Below, in pieces: positions 34,481 to 42,788 of a DNA stretch of 64,000 bases (position 1 is its first letter; each line of letters starts with the position of its first letter). The notes beneath the pieces are model-generated. The model worked only from the letters and a program-made list of their open reading frames with translations, did no database searches and was not told the DNA's origin. The DNA is from a virus (Duplodnaviria > Heunggongvirae > Uroviricota > Caudoviricetes): positions 1 through 64,000 of IMG/VR virus record IMGVR_UViG_2913167280_000003. One strand, 5' to 3'. The position numbers and the translations under genes are program-made.

Positions 34481-35374
34481 ATGCATTCTTTACAGAAATA
34501 CATAAAACATAAATATACTCACTTAACTTTTTTTCTCTCATTACTTTTTTTCATGATATTTGAATCGCGAGAAGATCTTATCAAGAAAATATTATCTTTT
34601 TCTCTCAATGAAGTTTTACCATTCTTAATGTTTGCGTTCTTCTCCGTATTTATCAGCATAACGATAAAGGAAAAGATAGCAAAGAAATACCCAGAAACAA
34701 ACGATGGGATTACCATTATAGCTTTAATCTTTGGTGTAACACTATATAGTGTGTTTATCTTATATTATTTATATGGTGATGTATACCAATCCACAATTGC
34801 TTTACTTATAAGTTCTGTGCTACTTGGTTCTGGGTGGTGGGTTCAGGCTACTGTGAGTAAAGTAGCCGCAAGAAAATCACACACCTTAAATACACTAATG
34901 AATCAAAGAAACAGTGAATTATTTCACAAGAAAGTTTCATCGGTAGCGAATACGTTCGGGCTTAGAAAAACCATAAATGAAATTATTGCCAAACAAAGAC
35001 TTGTCCCAAATGATAAAGATTTAAAAAATAAAAAGGTCCATGATGAATACATATCAGCAGGTAATGATATGTTCTTCGTTCTTAATTATTATGAATTTAT
35101 CTGTTCAGGAATAATAAATGGGGACTTTGATGAAGATTCAATGAGAGAATGTCTTGGACAAATTGTTCCAGGTCTCGAAGTTAGAGCATTTCATTTTATA
35201 AGAATTGCAAGAGAAATTTCAGGGAGTAGCTGCTTCTGTAATTTTGTCGCTGTTTCAGACAAATGGTCTACTAATGGAGGCTCTCTTATTCTCAGACACG
35301 AGAAAGGAGAACCTGTGATTAATAACCTGACCCATTGCTTTGAAGAAACAGACTGTTTTAACATAACTTCTTAA
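34481..35374 (+). CDS. Predicted 4-TM membrane protein with ~170-aa cytoplasmic C-terminal domain (accessory gene)
   Basis: 297-aa ORF, very AT-rich, AGGA RBS 6 nt upstream. Hydrophobic helices LTFFLSLLFFMIF, VLPFLMFAFFSVFISITI, GITIIALIFGVTLYSVFILYYLYG, TIALLISSVLLGSGWWV. Bracketed by ~90-bp direct repeats. Confidence 0.6.
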   Translation: MHSLQKYIKHKYTHLTFFLSLLFFMIFESREDLIKKILSFSLNEVLPFLMFAFFSVFISITIKEKIAKKYPETNDGITIIALIFGVTLYSVFILYYLYGDVYQSTIALLISSVLLGSGWWVQATVSKVAARKSHTLNTLMNQRNSELFHKKVSSVANTFGLRKTINEIIAKQRLVPNDKDLKNKKVHDEYISAGNDMFFVLNYYEFICSGIINGDFDEDSMRECLGQIVPGLEVRAFHFIRIAREISGSSCFCNFVAVSDKWSTNGGSLILRHEKGEPVINNLTHCFEETDCFNITS

Positions 35375-35380
35375 TATTTT

Positions 35381-35407
35381 GTAACCCATAATCGCTTTAT
35401 GGGTTAC
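35381..35407 (+). terminator. Hairpin downstream of the membrane-protein gene
   Basis: GTAACCCAT-(9 nt)-ATGGGTTAC perfect 9-bp stem, 7 nt after the stop codon. Confidence 0.4.
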
Positions 35408-35609
35408 GTTAAATTTGCAATAAAAAAATCAATCGCCGGGCTTTAAGCATCCATCGTTTTTGGCTTGTTGATATAACTTACTTAGCCCAGAAAGAGGGAA
35501 TGTGGCAATTTTTTCATTATCAACATAAGCATCAATCACATTAGCATTTGAATCTGCTGCATCCTGCCAAAAGGCATACCACCAAGAATCTCCAACCATT
35601 GACCCAAGA

Positions 35610-35699
35610 GGGATTTGACGTCTTCGAGTAATTGTCGTTGTGTCATTGACACCTCGTAGAATCTGGTGTGTTAACCGATTCTACGAGTTATCATTTGTT
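35610..35699. repeat. Direct repeat copy 2 (~90 bp), duplicate of the pmgC-like 5' end and promoter
   Basis: 85/89 identical to 34215-34303; retains the ATG and first 12 codons ([12 protein letters not shown]) and the ACAAATGATAA-N4-TAGAAT motif. Confidence 0.85.
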
Positions 35700-35799
35700 A
35701 CCGGTCAGTCTACACATTTCAGATGCTGCGTTAAAAAACTCAAGAGCTTCAAGTAGCATATCGTCATCAACACCCAGCCCGAAGATGCTGAGATAAAAT

Positions 35800-36984
35800 T
35801 CAAGCTTTAAGAGGCTTTGTGTATGTTCGTGTAATCCATCCAGTAATAAACTCGTCCCCTGATTTAACCTGCACGAAAAGCCATTGGCGATCTTTTTTAT
35901 CTAAAATAGCAACAATTGTATTTTTACCAATGCACTCTATCACTTCACTATTTAAAGAAGGACTGACATGTAATCTTACATTATCACCTGTTATAGCTCT
36001 AAAATTATTAAGATCCTCCCACTGAATATCTTTATTTTCTTGTGTTAGCTTTTGCTTAGATATTGGCTTATCCTCATTTAGGGATAGAATATATGATTCC
36101 ATCCCGTAAATTTGCGATAATGTTTTTTCTTTCGCATAATCAGTTATAGCGCCAAGAAATACTTGACACAAAATCCACAGAAGAAAAGTCTGAACAGGAG
36201 AAGGAAGCGCCTTAAATGAATCAATAAACGTCGAACTAGATTTATTTAATCCTTTGTCTTGAGCATCACTTTCAGTGTGTGATGTTTCAATGGCACCTTC
36301 GATATAAGCCTGTGCAATTGTTGAAAGACCTTGCTCCATTATTTGATGAAATGAAGCCTTTTGTGCTTGAGTATATTGATTTAATAATTCTTTTATTTCA
36401 TTGTTTAAATCTATCTTGTGAGTTACATTTTTCCGCAATTCATTAAGCATTGCTTGCATGTTATTCAAGCCAGCTTGCTTATTAAGCATCTCGAACTGGT
36501 TTCGTAACGGCATAGCTATTTCGGCCTGTTTCCTTAGCATTTGAATGTGTTTATTTGCATCATGAGTGGAAAAAGCCTGAGCCTGTTTCTGTAAAATATC
36601 AATATGTTTACGAAACTCGTTGCCTATTCCTGCCAGTTTCGGCATATTCTCAAACTGTTTTCGAATAGAATCACTAACTATGGATTGCAAATTAAATCTT
36701 GCTATTTGTTCTTGAGCTAGCTGTCCTATTCTTAACTGTTTTTGCAAGTTTGCCATATGTTCTTTATACGATGGAATGATTGCGTTTTTTTGCAGTTCCG
36801 CCAACTGTCTAACCAAATTATTAGAAGCATAATCTGATTTTAATAAATCACTTACCGATTTATATTCGGGCATTTTGATTTTATTTAAATCATCACGCCA
36901 AGTAATATTTGAATCTTTATTATAAAGATCGCTTACTGAGCCAAGAGCAAGTTTTTTAATGTCCTTCACTTTATTCACCGTCAT
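35800..36984 (-). CDS. Hypothetical protein: helical N-terminal region, one predicted TM helix, C-terminal SH3b-like domain
   Basis: 394-aa ORF, AT-rich; hydrophobic segment VQTFLLWILCQVFLGAITDY; C-terminal region (NVRLHVSPSLNSEVIECIGKNTIVAILDKKDRQWLFVQVKSGDEFITGWITRTY) resembles bacterial SH3 folds. Start overlaps the upstream gene by 14 nt. Confidence 0.5.
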   Translation of the reverse strand: MTVNKVKDIKKLALGSVSDLYNKDSNITWRDDLNKIKMPEYKSVSDLLKSDYASNNLVRQLAELQKNAIIPSYKEHMANLQKQLRIGQLAQEQIARFNLQSIVSDSIRKQFENMPKLAGIGNEFRKHIDILQKQAQAFSTHDANKHIQMLRKQAEIAMPLRNQFEMLNKQAGLNNMQAMLNELRKNVTHKIDLNNEIKELLNQYTQAQKASFHQIMEQGLSTIAQAYIEGAIETSHTESDAQDKGLNKSSSTFIDSFKALPSPVQTFLLWILCQVFLGAITDYAKEKTLSQIYGMESYILSLNEDKPISKQKLTQENKDIQWEDLNNFRAITGDNVRLHVSPSLNSEVIECIGKNTIVAILDKKDRQWLFVQVKSGDEFITGWITRTYTKPLKA

Positions 36985-37435
36985 CTTGCTTTAAACACCC
37001 ATCATTTTTAGCTTCCTTGTAAATACTTGAAATGCCATCAAGAGAGAATGATGTAATTCGACGCGATCCGATATATACATCCATGTTTTTTTCTTTTGTG
37101 GCTGACGCTGACTTCCAAAAAGAATACCATTCCCTACGATTAGGAGAAGTGTTTTGCGTGCCAATATTAAAACTATCCGAACCAACAATTAAAGTAATTA
37201 CATCTGCTTTACGAGAAATTGTGTCGCGTGTAGAAAAATCGGCATTCTCTTTTCCTCCGCTTACATACAAATTTCTTCCAGCGATATGGTCTTCAGAACC
37301 ATCCCTTGCACCAGCATCACAAGAAAAATTAATTGTATAGCCATCCTCATGACATGCTCCGGCAAAGCGCCTCATTTGACGCTCCTGTTGACCATCTTGT
37401 CTTAACTGGAATTTAAATGCTTGTAGTCGTTTCAT
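36971..37435 (-). CDS. Hypothetical soluble protein, first gene of a two-gene operon
   Basis: 154-aa ORF with no TM segment or signal peptide; translationally coupled to the 394-aa gene. Confidence 0.5.
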   Translation of the reverse strand: MKRLQAFKFQLRQDGQQERQMRRFAGACHEDGYTINFSCDAGARDGSEDHIAGRNLYVSGGKENADFSTRDTISRKADVITLIVGSDSFNIGTQNTSPNRREWYSFWKSASATKEKNMDVYIGSRRITSFSLDGISSIYKEAKNDGCLKQDDGE

Positions 37436-37597
37436 CCCACTATTTTAAACAAAAACAGTTAGGTGGAGAACCGCGCCTTATATCCCCACCCTGAAGGACG
37501 GGGTTTTACGGCGCACCGGATAACTCATTTAGGGTACATATTTTCGCCTTTAAAAAAAAGAGGTTATTAGATCCATTTGTGTATTTATTAAACAGAT

Positions 37598-37614
37598 AAT
37601 GCTCTAATAAATTT
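37598..37614 (+). promoter_or_regulatory. C1 operator-like site upstream of the immI operon (Op51-like)
   Basis: AATGCTCTAATAAATTT, 16/17 match to the C1 operator consensus, about 320 bp upstream of icd. Confidence 0.6.
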
Positions 37615-37789
37615 GTATTTTTAAGTCGCGAATGCTATCTTTTCGCATCATATTGACCTTTTAATCGTTCAGGCTTATAGTTCCGCCGTCGTAGCAAATT
37701 CTGCGACCAGGTTTGACAGCCTGAAAACTTACGCGGACAACCGCACATTTCCGATATTGCGGTATTTTTGTGTCCGTAAAACCACGTTA

Positions 37790-37870
37790 CGCCCGAATTA
37801 TGGTGGGGCGTGATGGGGAGGCTTCGGCCTGCTGGTTTCGTAAGTGCCAGTCTGTCAACCCTGTCACGTC
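37790..37870 (+). ncRNA. c4: c4-like antisense RNA region (approximate boundaries)
   Basis: ORF-free region between the operator and icd. Contains CTGTCAACC (37852-37860) and CTGTCACG (37861-37868), complementary to the repeated TTTGACAGC motifs at 37711-37720 and 37881-37889. Confidence 0.4.
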
Positions 37871-37927
37871 CTGCCACCTGTTTGACAGCGGGTCGCAGGT
37901 TGTTTATCAACTTACGAGGCCGTAACT

Positions 37928-38149
37928 ATGGTTAATGCCAATCCTTGCGCACGCCAAGAATTCATCTGGCGTTTCTATTCCTGTAAAAAACACCACTATC
38001 ACTTCGTTATCGCAGCAACAGAAGACGAAGCACGCTCTCAATTGCCTGATGGCCCCTGCATTTTTACTGCCCGTTTTTCGACTAACTCGCGCAATTCACT
38101 TAGTTACTGGAACCTCCCCTTCTCTGCCGACGTTCAGGGGGTTTTATGA
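37928..38149 (+). CDS. icd: Icd-like small protein, translationally coupled to ant
   Basis: 73-aa ORF whose stop overlaps the ant start by 4 nt, directly downstream of the c4-like region. Confidence 0.55.
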   Translation: MVNANPCARQEFIWRFYSCKKHHYHFVIAATEDEARSQLPDGPCIFTARFSTNSRNSLSYWNLPFSADVQGVL

Positions 38150-39183
38150 AAAAACCTCTCGTCACCCGGAATGAAATAGCCGAAGCGGTCGCCCTGCATA
38201 CTGCCTGTATGCCGACACGGGAGATCCCCGGCGCAATTGCCAACTACTTCATGATAACCAGGCGTTTTTATACCCGAACAGATAAGGCTGTGATCAACAG
38301 GCTACTGATAGCCGAGATCAGGGATTATTTGATTGAACAAGGACGTCTACGTTACGCAACAGTGGCAGCAGAAATGAGAAAGGAGGCACATAGAATGACC
38401 GGTAATAATTTGAATGTTGAAAAACCAGCACCTGTTACGTCAGCTACGCCAGCACCAGCCGTGAATATTATCCCCAACACCGGAGACACAATCGACAGCC
38501 TGACACTGTTAAAGATGGTCAATGAAGCGCGTAAGTTATGTGGGGAACCAGAGGTTCGGAACAACAAATTCATCGAAAAAATACTCGATGAGCTTGATGG
38601 TGAGCACTACACAAAAAGTGTAGTGGAAAAAATGAACAAAACATCAATGCTTGTCATAACCATGACCTACAAACAAGCCCTGCGAGTCGCCGCGCGCGAA
38701 TCAAAAGCTGTCCGCCGTTCGCTGATCGACAAACTGGAAGAATTGCAGCAGGCAAACTCCCCTACCCCATCGATCCCCCAAACATTACCAGAAGCCCTAC
38801 GCCTGGCTGCCGAGTTGGCAGAACAGAAAATGCAGCTGGAACAACAGCTGGTGGCCGCAGCCCCTAAAGTCGATTTTGCCGACCGGGTATCAGTGGCTAA
38901 TGGAATCCTGATCGGGAACTTTGCAAAGGTCGTTGGACTGAAGCAAAACGCCCTTTTCTCATGGTTGCGCCAGAACGGCATTCTCATGGCTTTTGGTGCG
39001 CGCAAAAACGTACCGCGCCAACAGTACATCAACGCCGGGTATTTCACGGTGAAAGAAGTGGTGCTGGATGATGAAAATGGCTACCAGATACGGCTGACGC
39101 CCCAATTAACGGGTAAAGGCCAGCAGTGGTTAACTCGTAAGCTACTTGCTACTGGTTTGTTAAAACCAGTAGCAATAGGTTAA
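38146..39183 (+). CDS. ant: Antirepressor (Ant1; Ant2 probably from an internal in-frame start)
   Basis: 345-aa ORF. Its C-terminal ~150 aa (PQTLPEALRLAAELAEQKMQLEQQL ... GKGQQWLTRKLLATGLL) are closely related to the KilA C-terminus. Confidence 0.7.
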   Translation: MKKPLVTRNEIAEAVALHTACMPTREIPGAIANYFMITRRFYTRTDKAVINRLLIAEIRDYLIEQGRLRYATVAAEMRKEAHRMTGNNLNVEKPAPVTSATPAPAVNIIPNTGDTIDSLTLLKMVNEARKLCGEPEVRNNKFIEKILDELDGEHYTKSVVEKMNKTSMLVITMTYKQALRVAARESKAVRRSLIDKLEELQQANSPTPSIPQTLPEALRLAAELAEQKMQLEQQLVAAAPKVDFADRVSVANGILIGNFAKVVGLKQNALFSWLRQNGILMAFGARKNVPRQQYINAGYFTVKEVVLDDENGYQIRLTPQLTGKGQQWLTRKLLATGLLKPVAIG

Positions 39184-39194
39184 CAAAAGAAAAA

Positions 39195-39220
39195 ACCTGC
39201 CAGCGAACTGGCAGGTTTCT
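39195..39220 (+). terminator. Rho-independent terminator after ant
   Basis: ACCTGCCAG-CGAA-CTGGCAGGT followed by TTCT. Confidence 0.6.
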
Positions 39221-39260
39221 GAGCAGTTCGACCAACCCGATCTGGATCGAGTTAGAAAAA

Positions 39261-39277
39261 TTTGCTCTAATAAATTT
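39261..39277 (+). promoter_or_regulatory. C1 operator-like site upstream of kilA-repL (Op53-like)
   Basis: TTTGCTCTAATAAATTT, 16/17 match to the consensus, 70 bp upstream of kilA. Confidence 0.6.
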
Positions 39278-39346
39278 CGTTTTCTAAGTGCAAAGAATCA
39301 CCATTTCGAGCTGGTGATTGAAGGTTGATGCAAATTTGGAGAAAAA

Positions 39347-40147
39347 ATGCAACAAACATTCAATGCGGATATGAATATATCAAACCTTCATCAAAATGTC
39401 GATCCTTCAACCACTCTACCTGTTATTTGTGGTGTTGAAATTACGACCGACCGCGCTGGCCGTTACAACCTTAATGCTCTACACAGAGCGAGCGGACTCG
39501 GTGCCCATAAAGCGCCAGCTCAATGGCTAAGAACGCTGTCAGCCAAACAGCTCATTGAAGAGCTTGAAAAAGAAACTATGCAGAATTGCATAGTTTCGTT
39601 CGAAGGCCGTGGCGGCGGCACTTTTGCCCATGAATTGCTCGCTGTGGAGTACGCAGGCTGGATTTCTCCCGCGTTTCGGCTGAAGGTAAACCAGACATTT
39701 ATCGACTATCGAGCCGGAAGATTACAACCAGCTATTCCGCAGAGTCTCCCTGAAGCACTCCGTTTGGCAGCCGACCTGGCAGAGCAAAAGCAACGCCTGG
39801 AGCAAAAAATGCTTATGGATGCCCCTAAAGTCGAATTCGCCGAACGCGTTGCTACCGCCAGCGGGGTTCTAATAGGCAACTATGCCAAAGTGCTCGGCCT
39901 GGGCCAAAACTATCTCTTCACCTGGTTGCGTGATAACGGAATTCTGATCGCAACCGGTGAACGCAGGAACGTCCCCAAACAAGAATACATCTCTCGTGGG
40001 TACTTCACCCTCAAAGAAACCGTGATCGATACAAGCAACGGAAGCAGGATTTCTTTCACGACTCGTATAACCGGCAAAGGTCAGCAGTGGCTGATGAAGC
40101 GATTGCTTGATGCTGGTGTGCTGGTACCTGTCGCGGCAACGCACTAA
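39347..40147 (+). CDS. kilA: KilA (KilA-N domain plus antirepressor-like C-terminal domain)
   Basis: 266-aa ORF immediately upstream of repL, with a C-terminal domain near-duplicate of the Ant C-terminus. Confidence 0.7.
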   Translation: MQQTFNADMNISNLHQNVDPSTTLPVICGVEITTDRAGRYNLNALHRASGLGAHKAPAQWLRTLSAKQLIEELEKETMQNCIVSFEGRGGGTFAHELLAVEYAGWISPAFRLKVNQTFIDYRAGRLQPAIPQSLPEALRLAADLAEQKQRLEQKMLMDAPKVEFAERVATASGVLIGNYAKVLGLGQNYLFTWLRDNGILIATGERRNVPKQEYISRGYFTLKETVIDTSNGSRISFTTRITGKGQQWLMKRLLDAGVLVPVAATH

Positions 40148-40176
40148 CAGACGTAGTAAGAACCACCAGCATTGTA

Positions 40177-41022
40177 ATGCTAGCTAAAGTCACTTTCCTG
40201 AGCTGTATAACGATGAGCGATTTTACTTTTTCTGGCTATGAATTGGCCTGCTTTGTAACACACTCCGGTCTATCCCGTAGCGCCGGGCATATCCTGTCGC
40301 AATGTGCAAATCTCGCGGCAACAACCAGTGAATACTTCATTCATAAGCCTCACCGCCTGATCGCGGCAGAAACAGGTTATAGCCAATCAACCGTCGTTCG
40401 TGCATTCCGTGAAGCTGTAAACAAAGGAATCCTGTCTGTAGAGATTGTTATCGGCGATCACCGTGAACGCCGTGCTAACCTGTACCGGTTTACACCATCC
40501 TTTTTGGCCTTCGCACAACAAGCTAAAAACGCGCTGACTGAAAGCAAATTAAAGATCTCTTCAGCCGCAACCAAGGTTAAAGCTGTTCTCGCTAAGACAT
40601 TGGCTTTATTTGATTTTTTATCCACACCCCCATGTCAAAATGATACCCCCTCCCCCTGTCAGGATGACGTGGCAATAAAGAATAAGAAGTCACAAGTTAA
40701 AAAAACAAAAAGATCAGTTTCCGGCGGTGCCGGAACGACCAGACTCAAAAAATTGACTTCATGGATCGCTGAGGCAAAAGCAAAGGCTGACAATCTGCGG
40801 TTATCCAAAAAACGCGCTCAAAAACATGAGTTCAAGCAGAAAGTAGAGGCGGCTGCGCGGAAATATGCTTACCTGAAGAACAAGCGTTCGCCTGATATTG
40901 GCGGGATATCAAACTTCGATAACCTACCGCATTGCATGACGGTAAACGAAGCTCTTAATGCGGTTTTAGCCAAAAATAAAGATAACGAACAATGGGGTAT
41001 ACCGGCGGGATTCAGAGGGTGA
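40177..41022 (+). CDS. repL: Lytic replication initiator RepL (oriL expected within the gene)
   Basis: 281-aa ORF downstream of kilA under the same C1 operator; size and order as recalled for P1 kilA-repL. Confidence 0.65.
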   Translation: MLAKVTFLSCITMSDFTFSGYELACFVTHSGLSRSAGHILSQCANLAATTSEYFIHKPHRLIAAETGYSQSTVVRAFREAVNKGILSVEIVIGDHRERRANLYRFTPSFLAFAQQAKNALTESKLKISSAATKVKAVLAKTLALFDFLSTPPCQNDTPSPCQDDVAIKNKKSQVKKTKRSVSGGAGTTRLKKLTSWIAEAKAKADNLRLSKKRAQKHEFKQKVEAAARKYAYLKNKRSPDIGGISNFDNLPHCMTVNEALNAVLAKNKDNEQWGIPAGFRG

Positions 41023-41071
41023 TAGATTGCTCTAATCTGGAGTCACCTGGCGTTTTCAGTTGAGATCGGAG

Positions 41072-41317
41072 ATGCAATCTGATTTTTTACAGTTAGCGAT
41101 CGCTTTTACAGGATATGTTTGCATTGGCTTCTGTGTATACATGATCAGCCGAAAAATGCTTGTCGATATCGACCGCAAAGAACGAGCAGAGGAAATCTTA
41201 GTATGGATTTTCTTTGGCGCGGTCTGGCCATTAGGGATCATGTTTGCTGCAACGTTTCTTCTGATGTGGATATTCACCATTCCAGGTGATTTATATAGAA
41301 AAAAAGCCAGACATTGA
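41072..41317 (+). CDS. Small two-TM membrane protein
   Basis: Start at ATG 41072 with GGAG RBS; hydrophobic segments LAIAFTGYVCIGFCVYMI and ILVWIFFGAVWPLGIMFAATFLLMWIF. Confidence 0.35.
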   Translation: MQSDFLQLAIAFTGYVCIGFCVYMISRKMLVDIDRKERAEEILVWIFFGAVWPLGIMFAATFLLMWIFTIPGDLYRKKARH

Positions 41318-41499
41318 TACAATCGCTGCGGGTGCTTGAGGCTATCTGCTTCAGGCACTACCCGACAAGCAGATAGAAGAAAGCCCCAGATAACATTACG
41401 CGTCCTGCAAGACGCTTAACATTAATCTGAGGCCATATCTATGCTTAGCATACGTAGATTAGCCCTCTCCCCTTTTTAGGAGCAAGGAATTTTTTACTG

Positions 41500-42132
41500 C
41501 TATGCCGCCTTTCCAATTATGGATTCAGCGACCAGAACAACCCCATGCTTACTTCTATCTGGGTGTTCACTCCATATCTCGGATTCAGGAATACTTACCC
41601 CGTCATAGCAAACACGTTCGCCGTCAAACGGGTAATACTGAGCGGCATCGGTGTCGAGGATAAACACTTTTAGCTCGGAAGAGCGACGGGCGATGTGTTG
41701 CCAAAGAGCTTTTCCACCTTCGTATTGCTCATTATCACTGAGCAAAACAACACCAGCTTTTGAGGCTACGGTTTCGTAAACAAAAGTAGCTAAACCGACA
41801 TCCCGGACGGTTCCATCAACCACGATACCTTCAATCTGGGCAACATCGCTATCCTCCCAGAACTTCCTTACAAGTACGCCTTCAAGCTGCGGGCGACGTT
41901 GAAGTTCAAGAGTAGCGACAACCTTATGGCGCATATCACCATCGATAACAGAAGGCGCAGCCTCTATTACAGCTGCAAATGGGGTTTTGGAATCCCATAT
42001 AACCTGGTAAAGCACACCCTGGATGGTAACTCCGTCCAGGATCGAAAATCGACGAGCGACAGTACCCGGGGAGTACGACATTGGAATCACAGCCATTTTA
42101 GAGTCCCCCTTTAACAGTACAGGCACAAACAT
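41500..42132 (-). CDS. Hypothetical protein (PmgF-like position)
   Basis: 210-aa ORF with its own AT-rich upstream region. Confidence 0.35.
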   Translation of the reverse strand: MFVPVLLKGDSKMAVIPMSYSPGTVARRFSILDGVTIQGVLYQVIWDSKTPFAAVIEAAPSVIDGDMRHKVVATLELQRRPQLEGVLVRKFWEDSDVAQIEGIVVDGTVRDVGLATFVYETVASKAGVVLLSDNEQYEGGKALWQHIARRSSELKVFILDTDAAQYYPFDGERVCYDGVSIPESEIWSEHPDRSKHGVVLVAESIIGKAA

Positions 42133-42221
42133 CTACCTCAATAATTGTAGTTTATTAGAACATTAATAATCTAACATAAAACTCAAGACAATGTTATCGA
42201 TGCATTCTTATATAAAATAGT

Positions 42222-42250
42222 TATAAAAAAAGCTCCCGAAGGAGCTTTAA
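42222..42250 (-). terminator. Rho-independent terminator at the end of the head/tail operon
   Basis: On the minus strand AAAGCTCC-TTCG-GGAGCTTT followed by TTTTTTT. Confidence 0.6.
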
Positions 42251-42267
42251 AATACAAGGGATGACTC

Positions 42268-42777
42268 TTAATCCCACTCAATCCAGTTGTAGACGATACG
42301 AAGTGACGGGCGCACAGCGGCAGTCACATCTTCGGTACTAAAGTCGATTGCATCACAGTAGATCTTGCAGTCCAACATTTCAATTGTTGTAGCAGCTTTT
42401 GTCACGGCGTTAACCCCGGAAGATTTGGATTCAGGGGTCGCAGCCATCGTGATATCAACATAGTCCTTCGCCGCAATGCGATCTTTAATGAACTGAAGAA
42501 TATCGCCTTCGATAGTCTCCACGCACTGGACCTGGATTTCCCCGGAGTTACGGATTGGACCGTGCTGGTTGAACTTCACACCATTCGGACCATAGTCCTC
42601 CACATCCTCGCGGGTCATTTCAGGGATCTGCGACGAGCGGACCAGTACGCTGATATCTTCATGGCCTGCAAAAGTGAGCTGGAATTCAGAAGATACGAGT
42701 CGTTCGCCTTTGGCCGCGTTGGCAGTATAGCGGCCCTTAATAAATTTACGGTTTCCCTTAGTGTTATTGTGTCCCAT
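42268..42777 (-). CDS. Virion structural protein, possibly tail tube-like
   Basis: 169-aa ORF, last gene of the operon running from the major capsid gene. Size fits small myovirus tube proteins; not verified. Confidence 0.4.
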   Translation of the reverse strand: MGHNNTKGNRKFIKGRYTANAAKGERLVSSEFQLTFAGHEDISVLVRSSQIPEMTREDVEDYGPNGVKFNQHGPIRNSGEIQVQCVETIEGDILQFIKDRIAAKDYVDITMAATPESKSSGVNAVTKAATTIEMLDCKIYCDAIDFSTEDVTAAVRPSLRIVYNWIEWD

Positions 42778-42788
42778 ATAAAATCCTT

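Noticed and set aside
41026-41042. Partial C1-operator match ATTGCTCTAATCTGG after repL
   Set aside because: Only the first 11 positions match; the 3' half diverges completely, so it is probably not a functional operator.
41056-41358. Minus-strand 100-aa ORF overlapping the small membrane-protein gene
   Set aside because: The plus-strand frame has an RBS and clean TM helices; the minus-strand frame has neither.
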